DNA of 64,000 nt from Chthoniobacterales bacterium (GCA_038227825.1 JBBRPQ010000018.1:13675-77674); one strand, 5' to 3'. Counted from the first letter of the stretch, positions 9,424 through 18,368 are shown. Numbers and translations: made by a program. The notes: a model not told the origin generated them from the letters alone.

Positions 9424-9445
9424 TTCATCGCCGTCGCCTCCAGAT

Positions 9446-10192
9446 TCATCGGCCCCCGGTGCGGGAACTTCGCACCTCTGGGCGGTAGGTGATCCGCACG
9501 AGCAGATCTCCGCGGCCGCCGCGAGGTTTCGGCAGGCCTTCGTTTGCAATGCGAATCACCGCGCCGCGTCCGACGCTGCGAGGAATCGTCACGCGCAGCA
9601 TGGAGCCGGTGATTCCCTGAATCATCTCCGTGCCGCCCTGTGTCGCGCGCTGTGAGCTGATGCGCAGATCGCTGCGCACGTCTGATCCGCTTGCCTTGAA
9701 ACGAAACCCGGGCGCGGCCTTCACGCGCACCGTCACGGTGCCGCCTTCAAAAGGCTCCGCGCGTGGCAGTCGAAAGCGTGCGCCGGGTGCGGTCAGCGGC
9801 GGGACTTCGAGTTGGAAAATCTCGGAGCCAGTCGGATTCGCCGGATCGTTCACGCGCACTTCGAGAGTGGCGCCACGGACGAAATCCTCCAGTCGCACCC
9901 GTGCGTCGTGGGAGATGTTGCGCTCGATTTTGCCGACCTCACGTGCCCGCGTTCGCACCGGAATATCCGCGTCGTCGAGTTCCCGGTCATAAGCCCGGCG
10001 TCTGGCTGGATCGATCAACGTGTCGTGCGCGTCATTCAGTGCGCGCATCTGTACGGCGGCCTCGGCATCGCCGGGATGCAGGTCGGGATGATGCCTTTTG
10101 GTGAGCGCACGATAGGCTGCGCGGATCTGCGCGGTGGTGCATCGGCGGTCCAGGCCGAGCGTGGCGTAATGATGTTGTTCAGCGTTTTCCAA
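9446..10192 (-). CDS. J-domain co-chaperone (CbpA/DnaJ-like, no Zn-finger)
   Basis: J-domain HYATLGLDRRCTTAQIRAAYRALTKRHHPDL. The DnaJ C-terminal-type domain ends GDLLVRITY. Confidence 0.8.
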   Translation of the reverse strand: MENAEQHHYATLGLDRRCTTAQIRAAYRALTKRHHPDLHPGDAEAAVQMRALNDAHDTLIDPARRRAYDRELDDADIPVRTRAREVGKIERNISHDARVRLEDFVRGATLEVRVNDPANPTGSEIFQLEVPPLTAPGARFRLPRAEPFEGGTVTVRVKAAPGFRFKASGSDVRSDLRISSQRATQGGTEMIQGITGSMLRVTIPRSVGRGAVIRIANEGLPKPRGGRGDLLVRITYRPEVRSSRTGGR

Positions 10193-10322
10193 TTCCAGAC
10201 GATGCTAGCGCGCAGACGCCGCGCTGCCAGCATCAACAAATCGTGCGTGTGCGAATTGCGGTCACCGCTGCTTTTTCGCTGGAATTGCACCGCGGCGGCG
10301 CAATGTTCGCCGGCCTTTGAAA

Positions 10323-11609
10323 ATGCAAGACAGCCACATCTCCACACGTGAACTCTACGACCGGCATGTGATCGCGACCTACGGTCGCTTTGATCTGCGG
10401 CTCGCGCGGGGACGCGGGTGCGAAGTGTGGGATGAGGACGGAAAGCGCTATCTGGATTTCGGTGCAGGCATCGCGGTGACGAGCATCGGCCATGCGCACC
10501 CGCGCGTGGTGCGTGTGTTGCAGGAGCAGGCGGCGACGCTCGTGCATGTGTCGAATCTGTACTACACGCGCCCGCAGGGTGAACTCGCCGCGCGTCTCGT
10601 GCGTCTCGTGAATGCGGGCGGCAAGGTGTTCTTTTGCAACTCCGGCGCGGAGGCAAATGAGGCGCTGTACAAGCTCGCGCGAAAATTCGGCAACGAGTGT
10701 GTTTCACCAAAGGCACCTGCGCCGCGGATCGGGATCGTGACGATGCTCGGAAGTTTTCACGGGCGCACGCTCGGGGGCATTTCTGCGACAGGGCAGGAGA
10801 AGGTGAAGAAGGGATTCGAGCCGATGGTCGAGGGATTCCGGCACGTGCCTTTTAATGACATCGCGGCGCTGCACGCTGCGGTGGATGTTCCCGGCACGGT
10901 GGCGATTCTCACGGAGCCTGTGCAGGGCGAGAGTGGAGTGCATCCGGCGAGCGCAGAGTTCCTGCGCGCCGCACGGAAGTTGTGCGATGAGCGGGATCTG
11001 CTGCTGATGTTTGACGAAGTGCAGTGCGGCCTCGGGCGGACGGGTGACTGGTGCGGCTGGAAATCGATCGCGCCGGACGTGATGCCTGACGCAGTGAGCT
11101 GGGCAAAAGGAATTGCCGGCGGATTCCCTCTCGGGGCGATCTGGGTGAATGAGCGTGAGGTCTCGTTGAAAGACGGCACGAAGAAGAAGCTCTGCGACCT
11201 GCTCGGGCCCGGTTCTCACGGCACTACGTTTGGCGGCACGCCGCTCGTGTGCGCCGGTGCGAATGAAGTGCTCTCCGTCATCGAAGAGGAGGGGATGCTG
11301 GAAAATGCGAAGGCTCTCGGCGCGCATGCGCTCACGGTTCTGCGGGCGATTCCTTCGCCGCTGATTCACGAGGTGCGTGGCCTGGGGCTCATGCTCGGCA
11401 TCGAGCTGGCACCGGATTTTGCGGAGCGCGTGAAGCTCCCGGATGGAAAAGTGCCGAGCATTTTCCTCGTGGAAAAACTGCACGAGGCCGGCTTGCTCAC
11501 GATCCCGAGCGCCACGCACGCGCTGCGCTGGCTGCCTGCGCTGAATGTGACGCGCGCGGAGATCGATGAGGCTGCGGCGATTCTCGCACGTGTCCTCGCG
11601 GCGCTGTGA
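10323..11609 (+). CDS. argD: class-III aminotransferase, acetylornithine aminotransferase-like
   Basis: YGRFDLRLARGRGCEVWDEDGKRYLDFGAGIAVTSIGHAHP, FFCNSGAEANEA, DEVQCGLGRTG, and the PLP-Lys region WAKGIAGG. ATG at 10323; the track uses the upstream TTG at 10317. Confidence 0.75.
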   Translation: MQDSHISTRELYDRHVIATYGRFDLRLARGRGCEVWDEDGKRYLDFGAGIAVTSIGHAHPRVVRVLQEQAATLVHVSNLYYTRPQGELAARLVRLVNAGGKVFFCNSGAEANEALYKLARKFGNECVSPKAPAPRIGIVTMLGSFHGRTLGGISATGQEKVKKGFEPMVEGFRHVPFNDIAALHAAVDVPGTVAILTEPVQGESGVHPASAEFLRAARKLCDERDLLLMFDEVQCGLGRTGDWCGWKSIAPDVMPDAVSWAKGIAGGFPLGAIWVNEREVSLKDGTKKKLCDLLGPGSHGTTFGGTPLVCAGANEVLSVIEEEGMLENAKALGAHALTVLRAIPSPLIHEVRGLGLMLGIELAPDFAERVKLPDGKVPSIFLVEKLHEAGLLTIPSATHALRWLPALNVTRAEIDEAAAILARVLAAL

Positions 11610-11664
11610 TGTGGTGTGCCGCGGGAGTTGCGGTGCGGTGCCTTCGCGCCTATTACCCGTCCCG

Positions 11665-12639
11665 ATGAAACTCTCCCTTCTGCTGCCTGCCGTCGCTCTT
11701 TGCGCGGTGCATTGGTCATCCGCCGCCGATCCTGTGCCGCCCGAAGGCATGGTCTTCGTGAAAGGTGGGACTTTTTCCATGGGCAGCAATGACGGTGCGA
11801 GCGACGAGAAGCCGGTGCATGAGGTCACGCTGAAACCGTTCTTCATGGACCGGACTTCAGTGACGAATGCGCAATTCGAGGAGTTCACCAAGGCGACGAA
11901 ATACGTGACGACCGCCGAGCGCCTGCTGACATCGAAGGACATCCCGGGGCTGCTCGCCGAATTCGAGGGCAAGGCCATGGGCCTTTGTTTCCGCGCGCCG
12001 AAGGGCGAGGTGGATCTGCGCAATACAGGCGCATGGTGGCAGCCGGTCTTCGGCGCAAGCTGGCGGCATCCCGACGGACCGGAGACGGATTTGAAGGGTC
12101 GCGAAAAACATCCCGTGGTCCACGTCTCGTGGGATGATGCGATGGCGTATTGCAAATGGGCGGGGAAGCGTCTGCCGACCGAGGCCGAGCGCGAGTATGC
12201 ATCGCGCGGCGGGCTCGACCAGGCGCGCTATGGGTGGGGGAATGAATTCAACCCCGGTGGAAAATGGATGGCGAACACGTGGCAGGGGAAATTCCCCGAG
12301 GCGAATTCTGGCGAGGATGGCTACAAATCCACGGCACCGGTCGGCAGTTATCAGCCGAATGGATACGGCCTCTTCGATATGGCGGGTAATGTGTGGGAGT
12401 GGTGCGCGGACTGGTATCTGCCGGAATATTATGGCCGTTCGTCGAAGGAGAATCCGAAGGGCCCGGACACGAGTTTCGATCCCGATGAGCCGGGTGTGAT
12501 GAAGCGGGTGACGCGCGGCGGATCGTGGATGTGTGCGGACAACTACTGCCGCGGCTACCGTCCGGCTACACGGATGAAGGTCGCGCCGGACACGGAATTT
12601 CAGAACACCGGATTCCGATGCGTGAAGGACACGCCGTGA
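11665..12639 (+). CDS. formylglycine-generating enzyme (SUMF1-type FGE) with signal peptide
   Basis: Start at MKLSLLLPAVALCAV. Similarity to eukaryotic SUMF1 runs the full length by eye (HPVVHVSWDDAMAYCKWAGKRLPTEAE, GNVWEWCADWY). Both catalytic Cys are present in GGSWMCADNYCRGYR (12532..12549). Confidence 0.85.
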   Translation: MKLSLLLPAVALCAVHWSSAADPVPPEGMVFVKGGTFSMGSNDGASDEKPVHEVTLKPFFMDRTSVTNAQFEEFTKATKYVTTAERLLTSKDIPGLLAEFEGKAMGLCFRAPKGEVDLRNTGAWWQPVFGASWRHPDGPETDLKGREKHPVVHVSWDDAMAYCKWAGKRLPTEAEREYASRGGLDQARYGWGNEFNPGGKWMANTWQGKFPEANSGEDGYKSTAPVGSYQPNGYGLFDMAGNVWEWCADWYLPEYYGRSSKENPKGPDTSFDPDEPGVMKRVTRGGSWMCADNYCRGYRPATRMKVAPDTEFQNTGFRCVKDTP

Positions 12640-13673
12640 GCGAGGATTCCGAGACAGCGCGCTCTGCGCGGAGGACGGGATTCATTTTTGCCGGAGTGAT
12701 CGTGGCGGCGGCGACACTGGCGCTTGCGTGGCTGCTGCCGGAGATGAAACGCATCGCGCGCAACCGCGAGACGCAGTCGCGCGAGGCGCGGGCGGGCAGC
12801 GACATGGTGCGAGTGGCGAGCGGCACGATCGAGATGGGGGCCAACGATGGCGCGCTGGACGAGCAGCCGAAGCACAATGTGACGCTGAAAGAGTTCTGGA
12901 TGGATCGCAGTGAGGTGACGAATGCGGAGTTTGCGCGCTTTGTGAAAGCGACGGGATATCTGACGAATGCGGAATTGCCCCGGCAGGGACAGGCGCAGGC
13001 GGGCTCGTGGTGTTTCAAGGCGGGAGCGGATGCAAAGGCGGCGGATCGGAAGACGTGGATCGCATTTGTCGCCGGGGCGAACTGGCGGCGACCGAATGGT
13101 GCTGGCAGCAGCATCGAGGGAAAGGACAAGTTCCCCGTCGTGCATGTGAGCCATGACGATGCGAATGCGTATTGCAAATGGGCGCGCAAGCGGCTGCCGA
13201 CCGAAGCGGAATGGGAATGCGCCGCGCGCGGTGGCATACTCCTCACGCGATATCCGTGGGGAAATGAAATCGCGCCTGACGGTGTCTGGCGTGCGAATAC
13301 GTGGCAGGGTGATTTTCCCGCGAAGGATGATGCGCTCGATGGCCATGCGGGACTTGCGCCGGTTGGCAGTTTCCCTCCGACCGGGTCTGGCCTGCGGGAT
13401 CTCTCCGGCAATGTCGCCGAATGGTGCGCGGACTGGTACCAGCACGACTATTATGCAGAGCTTCGTCCCAATCCGAATTTCGCAGCGCATCGCAATCCGC
13501 GCGGGCCGGACACGAGCACCGACCCGACCGAGCCGGGCGTTTGGAAGCGCGTCGTGCGAGGCGGTTCGTGGCTGAGCAGCGCGGCGGATGTGCGGGTCTC
13601 GGCGCGCGGGCGGGAGGAGCCTGGATTTTCGGCGGAGTGGATCGGATTCCGATGCGTGAAGGACGCGCAGTGA
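12636..13673 (+). CDS. FGE-family paralog lacking the catalytic Cys pair, N-terminal TM anchor
   Basis: GTG at 12636 gives a GTGA overlap with GAAGGA 6 nt upstream. An alternative ATG lies at 12618. The same fold motifs are present (FPVVHVSHDDANAYCKWARKRLPTEAEWE, GNVAEWCADWY), but the active-site region reads GGSWLSSAADVRVSAR. Confidence 0.8.
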   Translation: MSEDSETARSARRTGFIFAGVIVAAATLALAWLLPEMKRIARNRETQSREARAGSDMVRVASGTIEMGANDGALDEQPKHNVTLKEFWMDRSEVTNAEFARFVKATGYLTNAELPRQGQAQAGSWCFKAGADAKAADRKTWIAFVAGANWRRPNGAGSSIEGKDKFPVVHVSHDDANAYCKWARKRLPTEAEWECAARGGILLTRYPWGNEIAPDGVWRANTWQGDFPAKDDALDGHAGLAPVGSFPPTGSGLRDLSGNVAEWCADWYQHDYYAELRPNPNFAAHRNPRGPDTSTDPTEPGVWKRVVRGGSWLSSAADVRVSARGREEPGFSAEWIGFRCVKDAQ

Positions 13674-15430
13674 ACGTGGACGCCGACTCGAAAGTGCGCT
13701 GGGAAAAGTGGGGGAATCGGCTCGCGCTGCTGCTTCTGCTTGTGCTCACATTTGCCGTGCGATGCCACAATGGCGGGCAGATTTTTCACGATCAGGGCGT
13801 GTTCTTTATCGATGGCGACTGCTACTCGCGGATGACGCGCGTGAAGATGGTGAGCGAGGGACATTGGGTCATCCGCCACCATGATTTTGAAAACTGGCCG
13901 ATGGGCGTAACGCCTCACACGACTGCGCCACTTGATTGGATGATCGTGGCGCTGAAGCCCGTCGTGGAGGTCGCCATGAAGTCGGGCCTCGTGAGCAATG
14001 CTGAGACGTGGCGCGCGCAGTCACTCGATGTCGCGGGCGCGCTTATTTCGCCTCTGCTCGGCGTGCTCACCGCTGCTTGGCTCTGGTGGTGGGCGGGGAA
14101 AATGGGACTGCAGTTTCGCGCCGCGATGGTGCTGCTCTTTGCGCTGAGTCCGATCGCGGTACACGGCACCGTGCTTGGTCGGCCCGATCATCAGTCGCTC
14201 CTCATGTTCCTGCTCGCGGTCGCGCTCGGATGCGAGCTGTGGCTCATCCGCCCGGAGGATGATGGAAAGAAGTCGCATCGCGCGTGGGGCATCGCGGCTG
14301 GCTCCGCATGGGGGCTCGCGCTGTGGGTTTCGCTTTATGAACCGCTGGTGCTCCTCGTCCCGGTGATCCTTGCGCGACTGCTGCGGGAGAGAAAAAAGAT
14401 GCTCGCATGGGGCAGCCGCGAGGAATGGTTCGCACTGCTCGGTTTCGTGGCGCTCGGGCTCCTCGTGGATGGCTGGCGCATCGAAGTGCCAAACGCGGAG
14501 CTGCGCGAAAGTTTCGGGCGCTGGTCGGGGACGATTGGTGAACTGCGGCACCTCGATCCCACCGAGCCGCTGCTCTGGCAATGGCTCGGGCTACTCGTGC
14601 TGGCAGCACCGGTGCTGCTGTGCCTTGCGGGTCGTCAGGATCGCTGTGCCTTCGTGCTGCTCGGGGGATTCATGGTGCTGTTTGCGCTCACGCTCTGGCA
14701 GCGGCGCTGGGGATATTTTCTCCTGCTCATCTTTGCGATGTCGCTGCCGTGGCAGCTTCGCGCATTTCGCAGCACGTGGATCGGCTGGGTTGCATTCGCA
14801 ATCTCGCTTTGGCCTGTCGGGAAATCCTGGGGACCGGAATTAAACGACCTGCTGCGTCGCGGGAGGGATTCGGAGGTGCTGGATCGCGCGAAGGAGGATC
14901 GGGCATGGAGGCAGCTCGCGCAGACGCGGCTGCGGATGATCGCGATGAAGATGAGGGAAGGCCCGCGTGTGGGATTTGTCGCTCCGTGGTGGTTCTCGCC
15001 GCAGGTTGCCTACTGGTCCGGTCAGCCGGGAGTGGGTGGCACTAGCCATCAGAGTCTTCCGGGCACGCTCGACACGGCGCGCTTTTTTATCAGCGCCGAT
15101 CCGGATGCTGCTGCCGACATTTTGAAACGGCGCAGGGTCGGCTGGGTCATCGTGGATAATTCCGCCGATGTGGAGCAGCGCGACCGACAGCTCGCGGTGG
15201 CGAATTCCGAGACGCTCCTCGGGAAGCGCGCACCGGAGGAGCCGCTCGCCTTCACCCTCGCCGAGCACCCGCGGCAGGCACCGCCCTTCCTGCGGGAAAT
15301 CAAACCGATGGAACTCGGACTCGTGAAGCAGCTCACTCCGAGGGACGAGAACGATCCGCGCAGCCACGGCATCCAGATCATTGCCACGCAGATGCAGCGC
15401 CTGTATCGCGTGGAACTCGAAAAACCATGA
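13670..15430 (+). CDS. polytopic GT-C membrane protein, STT3/AglB/PglB-like
   Basis: GTG at 13670 (GTGA overlap; alternative ATG at 13652). First-loop motif FFIDGDCYSRMTR (DGD at 13811..13819), then HDFENWPMGV. TIxE-type motif TIGE at 14531..14542. WWF at 14987..14995 occupies the place of WWD. A soluble C-terminal domain follows. Confidence 0.6.
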   Translation: MNVDADSKVRWEKWGNRLALLLLLVLTFAVRCHNGGQIFHDQGVFFIDGDCYSRMTRVKMVSEGHWVIRHHDFENWPMGVTPHTTAPLDWMIVALKPVVEVAMKSGLVSNAETWRAQSLDVAGALISPLLGVLTAAWLWWWAGKMGLQFRAAMVLLFALSPIAVHGTVLGRPDHQSLLMFLLAVALGCELWLIRPEDDGKKSHRAWGIAAGSAWGLALWVSLYEPLVLLVPVILARLLRERKKMLAWGSREEWFALLGFVALGLLVDGWRIEVPNAELRESFGRWSGTIGELRHLDPTEPLLWQWLGLLVLAAPVLLCLAGRQDRCAFVLLGGFMVLFALTLWQRRWGYFLLLIFAMSLPWQLRAFRSTWIGWVAFAISLWPVGKSWGPELNDLLRRGRDSEVLDRAKEDRAWRQLAQTRLRMIAMKMREGPRVGFVAPWWFSPQVAYWSGQPGVGGTSHQSLPGTLDTARFFISADPDAAADILKRRRVGWVIVDNSADVEQRDRQLAVANSETLLGKRAPEEPLAFTLAEHPRQAPPFLREIKPMELGLVKQLTPRDENDPRSHGIQIIATQMQRLYRVELEKP

Positions 15431-16824
15431 GCTACGACTTTCTGATCATCGGCGGCGGCAGCGCCGGATATGCAGCAGCGCGCACCGCCGCATCGCTAGG
15501 ACTCAGCACGTGCGTGGTGGACGGCGCGGAGGAACTCGGCGGGCTGTGCATCCTGCGCGGCTGCATGCCGAGCAAGGCGCTGCTGGAATCCGCGTCCCGC
15601 TTTTCCACGCTGCGGCGCGCAAAGGAATTCGGCCTGCGCGCAAGCGGTCTCGAAGTGCATGGCTCGGAGATCCTCGCCCGCAAGCGCAGGCTCATCGGCG
15701 AATTCGCGGCTTATCGGCAGGAGCAGCTTGGTAGCGGAAAATTCGAGCTCGTCCGTGGCCACGCGAGGTTTCTCGATGAGCACACGATCGAGGTCACGCT
15801 GCGCGAAGGCGGCACGCGGCGCATCGCTGCGACGAGTTTTCTGCTGGCGACCGGATCGGTGGTGAGTGATTCACCGCTCGCGGCATTGAATGACATCGGC
15901 TGCTGGACCACGGATGATGCGCTGGAGAGTGCCGAGGTTCCGGAATCTATCGTCATCCTTGGAGGCGGTGCGACGGCGGTGGAATTCGCGACATATTACT
16001 CCGGCCTCGGGCGCGAGGTGACGCTCATTCAGCGCGGTGAGCACTTGCTGAAAGGAACCGATAGCGACCTCGCCGCAGCACTCGCGCACGGGCTGCGGAA
16101 TCGCGGCGTGCGTGTTTTCACCGGGACTCGGATCACGGGAGCAGAAATTGCCGCAGGGAAAAAGAAGATCACTTTCGAGCACGATGGAAAAGCGATGAGC
16201 GTCGAGGCGGTGCAGGTCTTGCAAGCACTGGGCCGCTCGCCCAATGTAGGTGACCTCGGCCTCGACTCCGCGGGAATCAAGCTCGACCGCGGCCGCCCCG
16301 CGATGCGCGCGACGCAGCAGACGAATGTGCCGCACATCTTTGCAGCCGGTGATGTCGCCGGGCCATTCGAGGTCGTCCACATCGCGATCCAGCAGGGCGA
16401 GATCGCCGCGCGGAATGCGGCGCGAATGATCGCAGGCAGTTGGGACGCCATGGAAGAGAGCGATTACCGGCTGAAGCTGTTCGCCGTATTCTCCGATCCC
16501 GAAATCGCCGTGGTCGGCCACAGTGAGACGGAGCTGCGTGCAGCAGGCGTCGCCTTCCGCACCGCGAGCTACCCATTCAATGACCACGGCAAATCGCTCT
16601 GCATGGGCGAGACGGATGGCTTTGTGAAACTGATCGTTGCCGTGGAAGGCGGCGAGATCCTCGGCGGCGCATGTGTCGGGCCGCATGCCGCGGAACTCAT
16701 CCACGAGATCGTCGTCGCCATGCGCTTCCGAGCGACGGCGGCGCAGCTTGCAGAGATCCCGCACTATCACCCGACGCTGAGCGAAATCTGGACGTATCCC
16801 GCTGAGGAACTAGCGACTCCGTAA
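15427..16824 (+). CDS. class-I pyridine nucleotide-disulfide oxidoreductase (dihydrolipoamide dehydrogenase / mercuric reductase-like)
   Basis: GGGSAGYAAA, redox-active CILRGCMPSK, and the dimerisation-domain motif HYHPTLSE. ATGA overlap with the preceding gene. Confidence 0.8.
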   Translation: MSYDFLIIGGGSAGYAAARTAASLGLSTCVVDGAEELGGLCILRGCMPSKALLESASRFSTLRRAKEFGLRASGLEVHGSEILARKRRLIGEFAAYRQEQLGSGKFELVRGHARFLDEHTIEVTLREGGTRRIAATSFLLATGSVVSDSPLAALNDIGCWTTDDALESAEVPESIVILGGGATAVEFATYYSGLGREVTLIQRGEHLLKGTDSDLAAALAHGLRNRGVRVFTGTRITGAEIAAGKKKITFEHDGKAMSVEAVQVLQALGRSPNVGDLGLDSAGIKLDRGRPAMRATQQTNVPHIFAAGDVAGPFEVVHIAIQQGEIAARNAARMIAGSWDAMEESDYRLKLFAVFSDPEIAVVGHSETELRAAGVAFRTASYPFNDHGKSLCMGETDGFVKLIVAVEGGEILGGACVGPHAAELIHEIVVAMRFRATAAQLAEIPHYHPTLSEIWTYPAEELATP

Positions 16825-16838
16825 GCGCGATCGACACC

Positions 16839-16900
16839 CAAGGAGCCGGGGCGCCCCCGCCCCGAGGAGAAACTAGGGGCGAGGGCGCCCCTGCTCCTTG
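16839..16900 (+). terminator. long GC-rich hairpin just after the operon stop
   Basis: CAAGGAGCCGGGGCGCCC ... GGGCGCCCCTGCTCCTTG: 18-nt arms with 1 mismatch and further pairing inside the loop. No U-tract. Confidence 0.35.
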
Positions 16901-16968
16901 AAAATGCGGCCGACCGCCAAGCTCCGACCTTCGGTTTACATTCTCAGGCCATTCCCAGTACTGTGAAA

Positions 16969-17015
16969 GACGCGCCGGATGCTTCGCACGCCCGGCGCGT
17001 CCTTCGGTTGTTTGC
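16969..17015 (+). terminator. candidate intrinsic terminator
   Basis: Perfect 10-bp stem GACGCGCCGG / CCGGCGCGTC followed by CTTCGGTTGTTTG. Confidence 0.3.
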
Positions 17016-17460
17016 CAGCCATACCGCCTAGTGTATAAGACAGGATGGCTCATTTCGCACTGCTCAGATTGCCATTGCCGAGACTGGGTCCGTCCACTCG
17101 CTGGCTCCGGCGAAACCATTCGCGGCGGAGCGCGCCCAGCAGACCTGGCCGGGAGTGAGGCTCTCGTTCACGGCGAATCGCAACAGTGACATGGCTAATC
17201 CCATGCCAACCACCCAATCAGCCCAAAAAGCAAGTCAACCCCAGCGAAAAGCAACCCGCTGAGCCCGAGAAGCAACCCGTATCACCCGAGAAGCAACTCA
17301 CTTTGCCGAGGAGGGGGCGAGGGGCAGACAAAGTATTGCATGAGTATTCGCTTGCCAGCCTTCTGAGAGGAGGACCCGAATAGCGACTTGCGCTGGGCTC
17401 AGGACGAAGCTCGCGGTGACCAAGCAAATAATCAGACTGTCCCTACTCCCACTATTCCCA

Positions 17461-17661
17461 ATGATCCCAAAAACCTTCGTGCTGACCCTGTTTTTTTTGG
17501 CGATCTGCGGTTTTACGCTCATTGGAGAATCTACGCTGGCTAACGTATCTCCACAAGAGCTTGTACACATAGAGGCAGCGGGAGAGACCAAAATGGGCGA
17601 CCTTTGCCAAAAAATACGCGCCTTGCCTGATGATGAAAAAAATTGCTATTGCAAAAGCTGA
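17461..17661 (+). CDS. N-terminal (signal-peptide) part of a hypothetical protein, ended just after an A7 run
   Basis: MIPKTFVLTLFFLAICGFTLIGES... in a lower-GC stretch. A stop follows shortly after AAAAAAA at 17636..17642. See findings. Confidence 0.4.
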   Translation: MIPKTFVLTLFFLAICGFTLIGESTLANVSPQELVHIEAAGETKMGDLCQKIRALPDDEKNCYCKS

Positions 17662-18368
17662 AGCAGGCTTGGGCAAAAGGAGGGGGTCTCTCATCCAATT
17701 CGAGGAAAGTCGCTTTCGAGCCGTTCTTGGTCGCCATAGGAGATTTGGAGACAATCGAGCTTCTAATCGGTCGATACCTAGAAAGTACCTATGCAGACAC
17801 ATACGCCCTGTATATAGCCGGAAATCCAATGGTAATCGCCCGAATGGGCGAGCATCTCCTGGGAAAAAACACAATCAGCGGGGCAACGGACTCTCCGGCA
17901 CCGGGGATTGCCGGTGGCACCTGGAGAATCTGCCGATATATTCTTCTGGCGGCGCCTGAGTTCAGCGGCGAACTGAAGGCGTGGGCGGAGATTTCGGCTG
18001 AAAACGTGGGATGGGACGAAGCGGACGGACTGCCAAATGAGCACATCAGCGTGATCCGCCAGTGGTGGAATCAAAACCGTGCGGCGTTCCATGCCGGTGA
18101 GTTCTCAAAGGTAAAGCCAGGCGGGATACTGGCGTCCTGGCAGGAGGCAGCCGATAGGATGGCGGCCCTAAAACACGGACGAACAAACCCTGTGCCAGCA
18201 ATCGAGGTTGAGTCGGGTCCGAAACCGCCCGCTGAAGTGGCTCCATCCGTTCCTGAGACACCGCTTATGCCAACCGGAAAACATGAGATGTATGCAGCCA
18301 TAGCTGCGCTTGTTTTGGCGGCTGCTCTCGTATTTAGAGGCGCCTTTTCAATAAAAGGTGACGCTTGA
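17643..18368 (+). CDS. hypothetical protein with Pro-rich linker and C-terminal TM anchor (probable continuation of 17461..17661)
   Basis: 241-aa ORF that opens (TTG) directly after the A7 run. It has a globular region, then PKPPAEVAPSVPETP, then MYAAIAALVLAAALVF. No family recognised. Confidence 0.5.
   Translation: MLLQKLKQAWAKGGGLSSNSRKVAFEPFLVAIGDLETIELLIGRYLESTYADTYALYIAGNPMVIARMGEHLLGKNTISGATDSPAPGIAGGTWRICRYILLAAPEFSGELKAWAEISAENVGWDEADGLPNEHISVIRQWWNQNRAAFHAGEFSKVKPGGILASWQEAADRMAALKHGRTNPVPAIEVESGPKPPAEVAPSVPETPLMPTGKHEMYAAIAALVLAAALVFRGAFSIKGDA

Noticed and set aside
10704-12155. 483-aa minus-strand ORF spanning argD and the FGE gene.
   Set aside because: It is Arg/Pro/Ser-rich and antisense to two plus-strand genes with unambiguous family motifs. 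No motif of its own is present.
17244-17299. Short tandem repeats that might have been a degenerate CRISPR or minisatellite.
   Set aside because: There are only about 2.5 imperfect copies, contiguous with no spacers. The unit is 21 nt (7 codons), so the repeat behaves like a coding linker repeat.
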